Shown here piece by piece: positions 35,076 through 47,159 of a stretch of 64,000 nucleotides of DNA. The position numbers and the translations under genes were made by a program. Within the stretch, counting starts at the first letter, position 1. Each line of letters starts with the position of its first letter. This DNA comes from Heteronotia binoei (Eukaryota), in NCBI RefSeq assembly GCF_032191835.1, contig NC_083234.1, forward strand, positions 77,810,001-77,874,000. The letters are read 5' to 3'. The notes under the pieces were generated by a model. The model was not told the DNA's origin and did no database searches. It saw only the letters and a program-made list of their open reading frames with translations.

Positions 35076-36622
35076 AAAGTTACTGGCGGAAGACGGAGCT
35101 GCCTTGTTCAGTACTGGGTCACTCTGCCTCAAACGGTTTTGTTATTGTGGCCCTCATCTGGTTTCTAATGCTTTCACACATGCTGAATAACGCACTTTCA
35201 ATTCAATTCCAATCCTCTTTGCAACTGGATTTTACTGGGTGAAATGGCCAAGTCTGCTTGCAAACAGTTGCTCAGGTGCACTGAGAGTGGATTCAAAGCG
35301 CATCATTCAGCGTGTGTGGAAGCATCGGGTCATTTGAATGCTGAGGGAGGACTGAGAAGACTCGGATTCAAGTCGCCGCATGGATTTCACGAGGTGGCTG
35401 TGGGCCAGCCATTCCCCCTCTGCTTGGCCTAACTCAAAAAGGCTGGTGTGGAGCTAAAGTTGAGGGTGAGCACAGGGATGTCGAACTCATTTGCTATGAG
35501 GGCCAGATCTGGCATAAACGAGACCTTGTTGGGCCGGGCCATATGTGGACCTATTGAAGATTAGGTAGCGCAGATACAAATTTTATAAAGAACACAGATA
35601 AACACATATATATATATATATTTAAAAACAAAACATGCTTAAAACGTTAGCACTCGGTCTTAAAAATGCTTTCTTTGTATTTCTCCCAAGGGATCCAGGG
35701 AACTGGACAAAGGAAGCGCTGGCTCTTTCCCTCCTTCTCCAGGGGACGGGGGGGGGGGGGGAGCCTCAGCCAATAGAAGGAAGAGAGGCTTGGCTCAGTA
35801 GCTTTGCTGTGCAATTGAGGGAGCCTGGCAAAGCAAGCTATTCCTTCCCCCTTCCTCTCCAAGGGAGGGGCCTCAGCCAATGGAGAAAATAGAGGTTTTG
35901 CTCTGTAGCTCCTGTGTGATTCAGCAAGCCTTGCAAAGCAAGTTGAGATGCAAAAGGAAGCGAGAGAGAGAAGGAATCCTCTGCCCTATAGCTTAGCCTT
36001 AATAGACATTTTGGGGGCACAGAATCAGAGGAGATGAGCTACCTGAAACTTTCTGAGGCTAATGGCAGCCGCCCCCTCCCCCCGGCCCAGTTTTAAGATG
36101 ATTCCAAGATCCATATCAAGACACCACCTCCCCCCCCCCCCATCTCTACCTGCTGTTGCTACTTTAGGGATTAAACTAAACAGCATCTGAGGAAGCCTAT
36201 GATGATTGCATGTCCTCAAAGGGAGACCCTAAACTGGATCAGGACCATGACCCAGCAGAGGGACAATTTAACGCTTCCTTTCCATGCTGTTTCCTCTACT
36301 GATCCCTACTCCATTCAGCATGTTCTAGCGCAGGGGTGGCCAAACTTACTTAATGTAAGAGCCACAGAATAAATGTCAGATGTTTGAGAGCAACAAGACA
36401 TGAACAGATGTTTGAGAGCTGCAAGACAGGGAGGAAGGAGGGAAGAAAGCAAATAGATGGGGAGAGGGGAAGGAGGAAGAGATGGAAAGAAAGCAACTTT
36501 AACTTTACATGCATTCTCCAAGCCACTGGCTGACTTGACTTGGAGAAATAACTTCAAGAGGCCTTCTCCAAGCTGGCCAACAAGACAGGGGATCCCCTGC
36601 TGGGATCTGGGGATTGGCAAGC

Positions 36623-39600
36623 CTAGACATGAATCAGTTCAGCCAACTCTCTCAGGATGAGGTGGACAGGTTGCTCCAATATGAAAACCAAGTCATCCGC
36701 GAAGGCCCTCAGTTTATATTGTTCACCCTTAATCAGCGTCCCCTTAATAGTTGGATCTTCTCTTATTTGTTTATTTAATATCTCTAAACAGAGGGTGAAA
36801 AGGTGTGGTGACAGTGAGCAGCCTTGTCTTCTACCTTTTTGAATAGCAATTGCTTCTGTTAATTCGCCATTCACCATCACCTTTGCCCTTTGGCAAGAGT
36901 ATATTGATTGAATTGTTCTGAAAAAGTTCTCGCCACATTCCATGTCCTTCCGTTGTTGTAACATAAATTGCCAAGGTATGTTGTCAAAGGCCTTCTCTGC
37001 ATCCAGGCAAATGAATGCCAGTTGTTTCTCTGGATGGTTCTCATAGTATTCCATTATATTACATACTGTTCTAACATCGTCTTTCAGATATCTTCTAGGA
37101 AGAAATCCTGCTTGGTCCTGATGTATTATGGCTGATAAAACTTTCTTCAGACATTGTGCCAATATCGAGGCAAAAATTTTATAGTCTACGTTTAAAAGAG
37201 AGATTGGCTGGAAATTCTTTATGTCTTTCAAATCTGCACCCTTTTTTGGAATTAAAAATATTGTCGCTTCTTGCCATGAATTTGGTATTTGAGCTTCTTT
37301 CTGAATCTTTTCAGTCAGAAGCTTGAATGGTGCCAATAAGGAATCTTCAAAGGCTTTGCAGAATTCTGCAGGGAAACCATCTGGCCCGGGGGATTTACCA
37401 TTTTTTTGAGATGCCATTGCTTCTCCCACTTCACTTATTGTTATTGGTCCATTTAAAATTTTCTGTTGCTCCTCTGAAAAGTTATTGAGATTGTTTTGTT
37501 TAATGTATTCTTCTAAGTCTTCCTTTTGCACTTGTTTGATTACATACAGTCTTTTATAGAATTGTTCCACAATTTGGCATATCTCTTGTCTTTGGAATTT
37601 CTCTTTATTGTTTTATCTCTTGATACTGGTATTGTTCTTTTTGCACTCTCTTTCCTCTGTCTGTATGCCAACCATCTTCCCGGTTTATCAGCATGTTCAA
37701 AATAGTTCTGTCTGGCAAATCTCAATTTTCTCTCCGTTTCTTCTACAAGTAATAGATTAAGTTGAAGATGTATTTTTTAATTTTATTTTGAAACTCCTGT
37801 TTTGTGGGTTGCATTTTTAAATCCTTTTCAGCTTTTTCTGCTTGCAACCTTAATTTTTGAAAATTTTCAGTTCTTTCTTTTTCTGGGCACTAAATCTAAT
37901 TGCTAGCTCCCTAAAATATGCTTTGGCTGTGTCCCATACCATTTGCATCTTCACATATTGGGTTATATTCTGTTTATATTCTGTTGTTGGGACTCCCAAA
38001 ACGGGAACGTATACGGCCGGGGCTACGTGAACTGCACTGGCTGCCGATCATATACCGGGTCCAGTACAAAGTGTTGGTCATTACCTTTAAAACCTTATAT
38101 GGCCGAGGACCTGCCTACCTGAGGGACCGTCTTTCCCCATATGAACCCCAGAGAGCACTGAGGTCAGTTGGGAAAAATCTAATGACCATCCCTGGGCCGA
38201 AGGAGATTAAATACCAGAATACTAGGGCACGGGCATTCTCAATCGCGGCCCCTACCCTATGGAACCGACTCCCCGAGGAGGTGCGGGCCCTGTGGAACCT
38301 TGATCAGTTCCGCAGGGCCTGCAAGACCGCCCTTTTTAAGCTTGCACACTTGGACTGCTAAGAAGATCGGTAATTAAGGATCCGCCAATGCGGTTTGAAG
38401 ACCTATACCGCTGAATAACTGTACTCATTGGATTGGTTTTAATGTTGTTAAGTTTAGTGTTTAATGTTTTATATTGTTAAATCTAAAGGCTTTTAACCAC
38501 TGTATGTTTTTATAAAATGTTGTTAGCTGCCCTGAGCCTGCCGAGGTGGGGAGGGCGGGATATAAATAAAATTTATTATTATTATTATTATTAAACAAGA
38601 ATTCTATTTAGTTTCTTGAAGAAAATCTTTATCTTTTAAACTTGACATGTTTAGTCTCCAAGTTCTTTTCAATTGTGTTCCCTTGAGTTTTATCATTACC
38701 AGATTATGGTCATGACTTTTGGTTGAATTTCCATCTCCACGATCAACTTTGTAGACAGCCAACACATATCGATTCTTGACCACAACTGATGGCTGGCAGA
38801 GTAGTATGTGAAATCTCTTGTGTTTGGATATCTTGTTCTCCATGCATCGACTAAATCCAGTTCTTCTGCAAGTTTCAAAAAGCTTGTTGGCAATTGTAGT
38901 CCTTTAGCTTTAATGTACTTATGTGTTTTTTTGTCCAGTTGTCTGTCAAAAAACGCATTAAAGTCTTCTATTAGACAATAGTCTGCGTAATCCAGACTTA
39001 CTAACTTAGAGTGTAGGTCTTCAAAAAATCTTTCTTGATGTTCATTTGGTGCATAGTTTTTTGCCAATAAAATTTTTTTACTGTCTACAACAGTTTCTAC
39101 TAATAAAATTCTTCCATCTGCTGAGGCATATTGTAACTGTGGATTAAATTTGTCTTTTATATAAATTGCCAGCCCCCTTTTCTTTTTTTTAAGATCAGCT
39201 GCTACAAATAAGTTGCCAAGTTTCTTATTTCTCAAGAGGAGTTGATCTTTTGCCAAAATGTGAGTTTCTTGTAAACAGATTATCTCCATCTCCAATTTTG
39301 CTAAGTATTTGAAGGTCTTCTCCTTTTTATGGGAGAATTAAGTCCATTAATATTGATAGAGACTATTGACGCCATTATGGGGTTTTTCTTATCACTATCT
39401 TTTTAATCTTTTTTGGTCTGCAGTCTTGTTGGATATTTCCTTGCTCTGCTTGAGTCCTCTTCATCCGAAAGTTCCTCTTCTTCCTCTTCCTTTCCCTCTT
39501 TCTTTTCCGTTTTCTCCAAGAAATTTTTAGCTTTGAAGGTTATCCTATATCTGTTCTCTTCATATGTAAAAAGTAGACCTTCCAGCATAAGCCACATATA

Positions 39601-39990
39601 TGGTATTTCTCTTTCTCTCAGGAAATTTGTCAAAGTTTGGTATTCTCTTCTCTTTTGTTTGATTGGCCATGGTACCTCTCTCTGAATTTTCACCATATTT
39701 CCTGCTATCATCACTGGCTTGTCTCTTGTTTGTCTCAGAATATTATCTCTAGTCTTCTTCCTTGTAAGCTTCAAGTGAATTCGCTAGGCAGTTTGTTCCT
39801 CCTAGTGAAACTTGATGGTACCCACTTGACTTATCAAACTTCTCCTCAATTTTCTCAGGTGTCCTTTGTAGAATTTCTGATAGAGCTTTGCTTAATATTT
39901 TCTGTAGATCTTCCGATTTTTCTTCTGGTACATTTTGAACCCACAGCATATAAGCTGGTCTATCCATTTCCAACTGAAGAAATCTAGTAT
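36623..39990 (-). mobile_element. Degenerate L1-clade LINE (ORF1 remnants, APE endonuclease, RT), 3'-truncated
   Basis: RT: KSPGPDGFPAEF, PISLLNVDYKIFA, DAEKAFD, QGCSLSP, LRAFADDL. EN: ICLQETH, YAPN, DFNA, SRIDMCW. ORF1-like peptides at 39403-39973. Frameshifted. Confidence 0.93.
37975..38593 (+). mobile_element. L2 3' fragment inserted antisense into the L1
   Basis: LRELHWLPIIYRVQYKVLVITFK...WNRLPEEVR; L2 tail and (ATT)n. Confidence 0.92.
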
Positions 39991-40143
39991 CATATGCTCC
40001 CTGCTTTTTCCAGTTGCTCCACTTTTTGAGTATTGTCCAGCACTTGTGTGTCTAAAAGCTTCATACCTTCTGGGGCCACAGAAAACAATTCCACACCATC
40101 CTCTATAGGACAGCCCTTCAATTACTTGAAGATGGGGATCAGG

Positions 40144-40726
40144 AGAGCCAGTTTGGTGTAGTGGTTAAGTGTGCGGACTCTTATCTGGGAGAACCGGGTT
40201 TGATTCCCCACTCCTCCACTTGCACCTGCTGGAATGGCCTTGGGTCAGCCATAGCTCTAGCAGAGGTTGTCCTTGAAAGGGCAGCTGCTGTGAGAGCCCT
40301 CTCCAGCCCCACCCACCTCACAGGGTGTCTGTTGTGGGGGAGGAAGGGAAAGGAGATTGTGAGCCACTCTGAGACTCTTCGGAGTGGACGGCGGGATATA
40401 AATCCAATATCTTCATCTACCTCACAGGGTGTCTGTTGTGGGGGAGGAAGGGAAAGGAGATTGTGAGCCGCTCTGAGACTCTTCGGAGTGGAGGGCGGGA
40501 TATAAATCCAATATCTTCATCTACCTCACAGGGTGTCTGTTGTGGGGGAGGAAGGTAAAGGAGATTGTGAGCCGCTCTGAGACTCTTCGGAGTGGAGGGC
40601 AGGATATAAATCCAATATCTTCATCTACCTCACAGGGTGTCTGTTGTGGGGGAGGAAGGTAAAGGAGATTGTGAGCCGCTCTGAGACTCTTCGGAGTGGA
40701 GGGCGGGATATAAATCCAATATCATC
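40144..40726 (+). mobile_element. tRNA-derived SINE (L2-type tail) with its 3' 104 bp repeated 4 times
   Basis: A box GGTGTAGTGG, B box GGTTTGATTCC; unit start ATCTACCTCACAGG at 40415, 40519 and 40623. Confidence 0.9.
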
Positions 40727-42619
40727 ATATCATCTCTCAGCCACCTCCTCTCCAGGCTAAACATCCCCAGCTCCTTCAACCTTTCTTCATAGGACTTGGT
40801 CATCATCAGCATACTGATGACATCCCAGCCCAAAGCTCTGTATCAGCTGGACAAGAGGGCGGATACAGATGTTAAATGACATCTATATGGACTAAGAGAA
40901 GATTGGCCTCCGTGGGAATTGCAGACCAAAGGGTGTCACTCTGAAACTTTCTCCTCAGCCATGGAGAAATGAGACGAGCCATTTTAGGGCTGTCCCACAA
41001 ATCCCCACATCAGCAATGCAGTGGGTCATTGACTGTGTCAAATGCTGGTGTCAAGTCAAGTAAGAACAGCAGTGCTGGCCCACCTTGAACCAGGTGTCTA
41101 TGGTAGTCATCTGTGACTGGGCAACCAATGCCATTGGAAGGGATCAAGGTGTTATTCAGGAATGTCTGGAGCTAGTAGATGGTCTCCAATCCAAGAACTA
41201 CTGACCCTGCTTAGCTTTCAAGGCATTGGGTTAGCCATAGCTCTCATAGGAGCTGTCCTTGAAAGGGCAGATGCTGTAAGAGCTCTCTCAGCCCCACCCA
41301 CCTCACAGGGTGTTTGTTGTGGGGGAAGAAGGTAAAGGAGATTGTGATCCGCTTTGAGACTCTGATTCAGAGTGGAGGGCAGAATACAAATCCAATGTCT
41401 TCTTCTACTACTACTCAGTTGCCCCTCCCTCTACTATTTTGGCCAAGACTGAAAGATTTGAAACTGGGTGGTAGTTGGATGGATCAGTGGGATCCTTAGA
41501 TGGCTTCTTTAAGAGCAGCCTCACTGCTGCTTCCTTTGAAGCCCTGAATTCAAGGACAGATTTATAATATTTGCTGGGGGATCCAAATGCCCACTCTACT
41601 GGCTTTAACCAGCCATGATGGACACACATCCCGATGTCACCGGAAGTTACGTTACCCGTTCAGTAGGTTGCTTTCCTCACAGACACACAGACAGTCCAGT
41701 GCCATCAGCTGCATTTTATAGATGTGTGTTCTCACACAGCCCAGTGAGAGACCTTGTACCCCCCAACATGGCTGGAGTGAGCGCCACATGTGGTGGAGTA
41801 GGCAGCGGCAGGCCCAGCTTCTCCCAGGAGGGGGCGCTTGTGGGCAGCCCCGCATCTCTTGCTCTCTTTGCAAGCCTGTTGGAGGCTGGGGGTGTCAGAG
41901 GATGGAGCACGCGGTCTGGGAGCACATGGATGCCTCATGCCTTCCCTCTGCTGGAGACCTTTTTTTGAGCCGGAGTCTTGGCTGAGCCAGCTGGAACTGT
42001 ATTTCTGTGCATTCCTGCTCAAAAAAAGCCCTGGTTTTAACCTCCAAAGCCCTACAAGATCTGGGACCAACACATCTATGGGACTGTCTCTCCTGGTGCG
42101 CTCCCAGAGATCACTGAGCTCTATGAATAACAATTTTCTGGTGGGCCCCCAGCTCAAAAAGTATTTATCTTGCCTCAGCTTGGGGTCAGAGTCTTTTGGT
42201 GGAACGCTCTTCCTGATGAGATCAGGGCCCTGTGGAATCTGATTCAGTTCTGCAGGGCCCATTAAACCAAAATGTTCCATCAGGCATATGGTTGAAGCAG
42301 CAAAGTTTCCCATCCAATTTGGCCTCCCTCCAGCTCCGCACCCTCTCGTTCACTGCACTGTGTACCAGCTTTATAAACCGCACAGCCTAACGGTGCCAGC
42401 TGATTTTATTTTTGACTGTTACTATGTTAAATTGCTTTAATGTAAGATATTGCTTTAACTTGTTGTACCCAGCCCTGTTTTGCAGGGAAGGGTGGGAAGT
42501 TGTAGTAGTAACACCATAGATAATAAAAACAGACTTCAGATACTGAAAACTACAGTTTCCAGGCTAAAATGGTGTTAAAAGTCCAGCCCCTTAGCAAGGG
42601 GCCACTACTGAAAAAGCCT

Positions 42620-43300
42620 TGTTTATATCCAATCCAAGCACACCTTTATTGGCATAACAAAAAGAGATCTACAGAGACTTGTCAACCAAACAGCAATCAG
42701 ATATGTCTGTTCAAAGCATAAGGGGCTAAACTAAGATTAAGATCACAATAAAACCTCCTTAGAATAATTTGGCAACAGCTTTTGTGATATCGATTATGTT
42801 GTCATTTAGTAGGAAACGGCAATCAATCCTATTTTCTTTAATGTAGGACAATAAGGAAAGACTATCTAACAGAACCTTCCGGAGATTAGTATACAGTTGA
42901 CAGTTCAATAAAATATGTTGGATGGAATCTGGCGAGCTTGACCCACATAGACAATGTCTCTCACTAAGGGGGACTTGAAGAAATCTCCCATAGAGAACAT
43001 TGGAGGGAAATGCATTCATCCTAGCCAGCATAAAAGCTCTCGGATGTTGCGGATTATCTAGTTCAGATAAATATTTGGCCATTTTCCTGGCCATCTGATC
43101 AAGTCCAAGTGAGGCAGGAGAGCAGGTATAAAATGGGACAGGACACAGTTTATGAGATTCTAGATCTAAGATTCTCTGTTTGACCAATCTAAAATTATAA
43201 GATTCATCAGATGAAAATAGATCATCAATTGCAATTCCCATGTGTTTGAGCTTCAACATGATTCCATCTTGCCAAGCAGCATTATAAGGGTCTCTTTTTA
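42620..43300 (-). mobile_element. Non-LTR retrotransposon ORF2 C-terminus with CCHC knuckle (clade unassigned)
   Basis: LARMNAFPSNVLYGRF...RHCLCG....SIQHILLNCQLY; related 3' end at 55415-55725 (+). Confidence 0.7.
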
Positions 43301-43859
43301 GGTAGTTGAGCAGCCTTGTTTATATTCCTTCCCACCCTCATGGCCCAGGCTGCCTAATGTCATCTGATTTCAGAAGCAGGGTCAGGATGGATGGATGACC
43401 ACACACCCCTGACTTGAATGACTCAGGCTAGCCTGATCTTATGATGCCTTGGAAGTGAAGCAGGGTCAGCCCAAGTTAGTCCTTGAATGGGAGACCACCG
43501 GGGGAAAATTGAGACCCTCTGCAGAGGCCGGCAATGGGTGACCACCTCCCTTCCCCTCTTGCCTTCCAACCCTGCAGGGTGCCCTCAGTCAGCTGTGACT
43601 TGACAGCACCATCCACCACTGCTGGGTCTTTCTGTCAAATATGCCTGACATTCTATACCTTCTACGTACTTGGATTGTATTATGTATTAATAAGGTAATC
43701 CTGATACAGAGTAAAAACAAATTTGTGCCGTTATAATCAAGGTTGGTTTTATATTCTATAAGTTTGTAAGTTTTTTTCTTAAAATCAATAAAACTGTTAG
43801 TTATAAAAAAAAGAATGACAGGATTTTTAATTGATTAATAATTTCAGTTGATTGATTGA

Positions 43860-44340
43860 TTATATACTGCAGGTTGATTGGCGAGGCTGAGACCCCGCCC
43901 CCGTCTGGAAACACTTTTAATCCCAGAAAGCGTCACTGGAGGGCGCCAGAGAACTACAAGGCTCCAAAGCGACCCGTGCCCCCTTGCCAGGAGTCAAGAT
44001 GGTCACCCCCCCCCCCGCCTTTCCTCTCGCCGAGGCAGTGCCCAAACCAAGCATGGCTGCTGCACGCAGAGCGGCCTCCGGCACCAAGCGGCTAAAGCGA
44101 CCACGAACCCTGGCAGACAATTCCGGTTCGAGATTGAAAGCGCGGGGTTGAGGGGTGGCGGCCGATGCAAAGACCCTGCCTAGGCGAGCAGCCGTCAATC
44201 GTCGAGAGCAGCAGAGCATCTGAGCTCCTTCTCACAGGACGCCTCCCTCCGGATTAAACAAAAAGCGCCGCCCTCCACCCTGAGGCCCCATCTAGGCTGC
44301 TCGCCCCTCAATACATTCCGCTGGGTCGGCGTGCGGCTCT
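43860..44340. promoter_or_regulatory. CpG-rich segment upstream of EXOSC2 with CCAAT box, GC box and CTCF-like site
   Basis: High CpG density; TGATTGGC at ~43875; CCCCGCCCC at ~43894; CACTGGAGGGCGCCA at 43934-43948. Confidence 0.55.
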
Positions 44341-44343
44341 GAA

Positions 44344-44795
44344 TAGCGCTGCCAAGTCCAATTCAAGAAAGATCTGGGGGCTTTGGGGGTGCAGCCAGAA
44401 GCAAAGGTGTGGCAAGCACGACTGAACGCCAAAGGGAGCTCTGGCCATCACATTTAAAGGGACCCTGCTCCTTTTAAATGCCTTCCCTCCATCGGAAATA
44501 ATGAAGGAAACGGGCACCTTATTTTGAGCCTCATAGAATTGGATCCTCTGACCCAATCTTTTTGAAACTTGGAGGGTGTTTTGAGAAGAGGCACGGGATG
44601 CTATGCTGAAAATCTGGTGCCTCCACTTCAAAAAACAGCCCCCTATGGGAATCTGTCTCCATAGGGAATAATGGAGTTCCCAGAAGACCTTTCCCTCCCC
44701 CCCCCCCAACTTTCTGATGACCCCGAAGTGGGGGGGGGCGCGAAGGGCCTCCAAGCCGGGGATCCCCTGCCCCCACCTGGGGATTGGCAACCCTA
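44344..44795 (+). mobile_element. hAT MITE (TAGGGTTGCCAA-type termini) immediately upstream of the EXOSC2 promoter
   Basis: TIRs TAGCGCTGCCAA...TTGGCAACCCTA; 8-bp TSD GCTCTGAA/GCTCTGCA. Confidence 0.85.
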
Positions 44796-44899
44796 GCTCT
44801 GCAGCAAGAGAACCAAGCTGGAGACCAGAAGCACCACGAAGACCATCCAAGTTTAATCCAAGGTATAAACTTTTCTGGGTGCCCAGAAACCAACTTGGT

Positions 44900-45047
44900 C
44901 GGACTTTGCTCTGTTGCCCCTCCACCAGGTGACGTTCGCATGGAAACCGGAAGTGACAGTCTGGCCGCGGCGCTCTTTCTCTAGGACGCCGGGCGGAAGC
45001 GGAAGCAGCCGGAAGGGAGGGCGGGTGCACCCGCAGCCAAGATGGCG
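44900..45047 (+). promoter_or_regulatory. EXOSC2: EXOSC2 housekeeping core promoter (CpG island, ETS/GABP sites, half-CRE, YY1 motif over ATG)
   Basis: TGACG 44930-44934; CCGGAAGTG 44947-44955; repeated CGGAAG 44994-45015; CAAGATGGCG overlapping the start codon; no TATA. Confidence 0.8.
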
Positions 45048-45175
45048 GGGGTGGAGGCGCGGCTGCCGGTGGCGCGGAAGAGGCTGGCGGGGAGCCTGGG
45101 CCGCGGGGCCGGCGAGGGCGAGAGGGACCTGGTGGCTCCGGGGGACACCATCACCACCGACCCGGGATACATGAG
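45042..45175 (+). CDS. EXOSC2: EXOSC2 coding exon 1
   Basis: Kozak AAGATGG; MAGVEARLPVARKRLAGSLGRGAGEGERDLVAPGDTITTDPGYM(R); donor |GTGAAG; 134 nt. Confidence 0.95.
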
Positions 45176-45207
45176 GTGAAGCGGGGGGGAGAGGCAGAGG
45201 AGCCCCT

Positions 45208-45677
45208 TAGGGCTGCCAATCCCCCGGTGGGGGCAGGAGAACCCCGTTTGGAGCCCCCCCCCATTCAGGGTCATCCGAAAGCGGGGGGGGGGGGATGTCT
45301 GCTGGGCACTCCATTATTCCCTACGGAGACTGATTCCCATAGGGTATGATGGAGAATTGATCCGTAGGGCTCTGGGGGCGGGCTTTTTTTTTAAGTATAG
45401 GCACTAATTTTTCAGCATAGCATCCAGTTCCTCTCCTCACAACACCCCCCAAGTTTCAAAAGGATTGGACAAGGGGGTCCAATTCTGTGAGCCCTCAAAG
45501 AAGGTGCTCCTATCCTTCATTATTTCCAGTGGAGGGAAAGCATTTAAAAGGTGTGCAGTCCCTTTAAATGTGATGGCCAGAACTCCCTTTGGAGTTCAAT
45601 CGTGCTTGTTACAACCTTGCGCCTGGCTCCACCCCCAAAGTCCCCAGATATTTATTGAATTGGACTTGGCAACCCTA
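45208..45677 (-). mobile_element. Same hAT MITE, inverted, at the start of EXOSC2 intron 1
   Basis: Reverse complement of 44344-44795 at both ends and internally. Confidence 0.85.
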
Positions 45678-45761
45678 GAACAGCTCAAGAGCAATGCTCT
45701 CTCCAAGCTGTGAAATCTTGTGAGCAAAAATTCTACTTCGTGACCTACTGGCATGAAAGTT

Positions 45762-46170
45762 GGAGTCCAGGAGCACCTTTTAGACCAACCAAGTTTTATT
45801 CCGAGTGTGAGCTTCCACGTGCATGCACACGTCTTCAGATGAAGGAATGGTGTACAGTGAGCAGAACTACATATAGCTGGTGGGCAGTGGTTAAGCATGC
45901 AAAATGGTACAGAGTTATAATCCAACAGCAAAACGGTGAAATTAACAAATTGAAAGGACATTTGGTCAAATTGAGGGGATGTTTGGTCTGGATAGCATCT
46001 GCATGTCAGAACTGAAGAAGGTATTACAAGGCAATAAAAGTACTCTGTTAATTGGTCTCTGCTTTCTTAAAGTCTGGGTTAAACTGAGAATGATTTTCTT
46101 AGAAGTGTTCTTGTTACCTAATTCACTTCTTAACATGTCGCATACCAACATGGCTAGCCACCTGGATCTA
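45762..46170 (-). mobile_element. Penelope-like fragment nested in a hAT MITE
   Basis: Homologous to 6960-7196; flanked by GGCATG(A/G)AAGTT direct repeats; a related copy at ~50880-51235. Confidence 0.6.
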
Positions 46171-47159
46171 TGGCATGGAAGTTGTGAGCTACTGCATAAA
46201 CCTAGTTTGCTCTGGGGCCTTCCTTCCTGAGCTTTAGTGTTCCCTCTAAACTGAGCTACAAAGTTGTGAGCTCGCTCACAGTAGCTCAGTTTAGAGGGAA
46301 CACTGCTCAAGAGCCCTGCTGGGTTAGACCAGGGAGGGTCCACCTAGTCTCACACAGTGGCCAACAAGTCCCTCTGGACTCGGGACAACAACAGAGCTTA
46401 GAGGCTAAGATCTTTATAGGAACACAAAAAGAGCCTTGCTGGATCAGGCCAGGAGGGTCCATCTAGTCCAGCAACCTGTCTCACGCAGCGGCCAACCAGT
46501 TCCTCTGGACAGCCAGCAACGGGGCAGAGAGGCTGAGGCCTTCCCCTGAGGTTGCTTCCTGGTTCCGGGATTCAGAGGCTTAGTGCCTCTGAGTGTGGAG
46601 GCTCCCCTCTGTCACCAGGGCTAGTAGCTACTTGTAGATGTCTCTTCCATGAGTCTATTTAATCCCCTTTTCAATTTGTTTAATCCCCCTTTTCAAGCTG
46701 TTCATAGAGGAGGTTGTCTCTCAGTACCTACTACCTGTGGTGATTAAGGGGAGAGATCCCATCCAGAGCAGTGTTGCCAACCAGAAGTGGGTTCCAAGGC
46801 CTCTGCTAGCCAGCCGGCCTTCCCTGATGGCTGCCCTTGCCCTTAACATTGGCTTCCTTTGCATTTTGGAAACCTAGATCTGACCTTGGAAGCAGGATTT
46901 CCCATACATTCGTGGACATCTTTTTTCTTCTCTGCTTAAACACATTGATTAAGTAAAATGTGCCCAGATAGTTACTGGAGTGAGTTTCTTAGAATGGGGA
47001 GGGGGATTAGAGAGAGTAATGGAGAAGGAGAGGGTGGTCAGAGGCTGGAACATAACCTCCATCTGCAAAGGCTGTGCATGTCGGAATGCCCCTTGTGTGG
47101 GGTTCATTGTGGGGGCATCTGAGCCCTTTGTGGGATGATAGTGGGTTTCTCCAAAACAT

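Larger units (their letters stand above)
32258..35095 (+). other. PRDM12: Probable PRDM12 3' UTR (~2.8 kb)
   Basis: Runs from the stop codon to an AU-rich terminal block (34950-35080) with TGTANATA motifs and AATAAA. The end is inferred, not transcript-supported. Confidence 0.55.
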
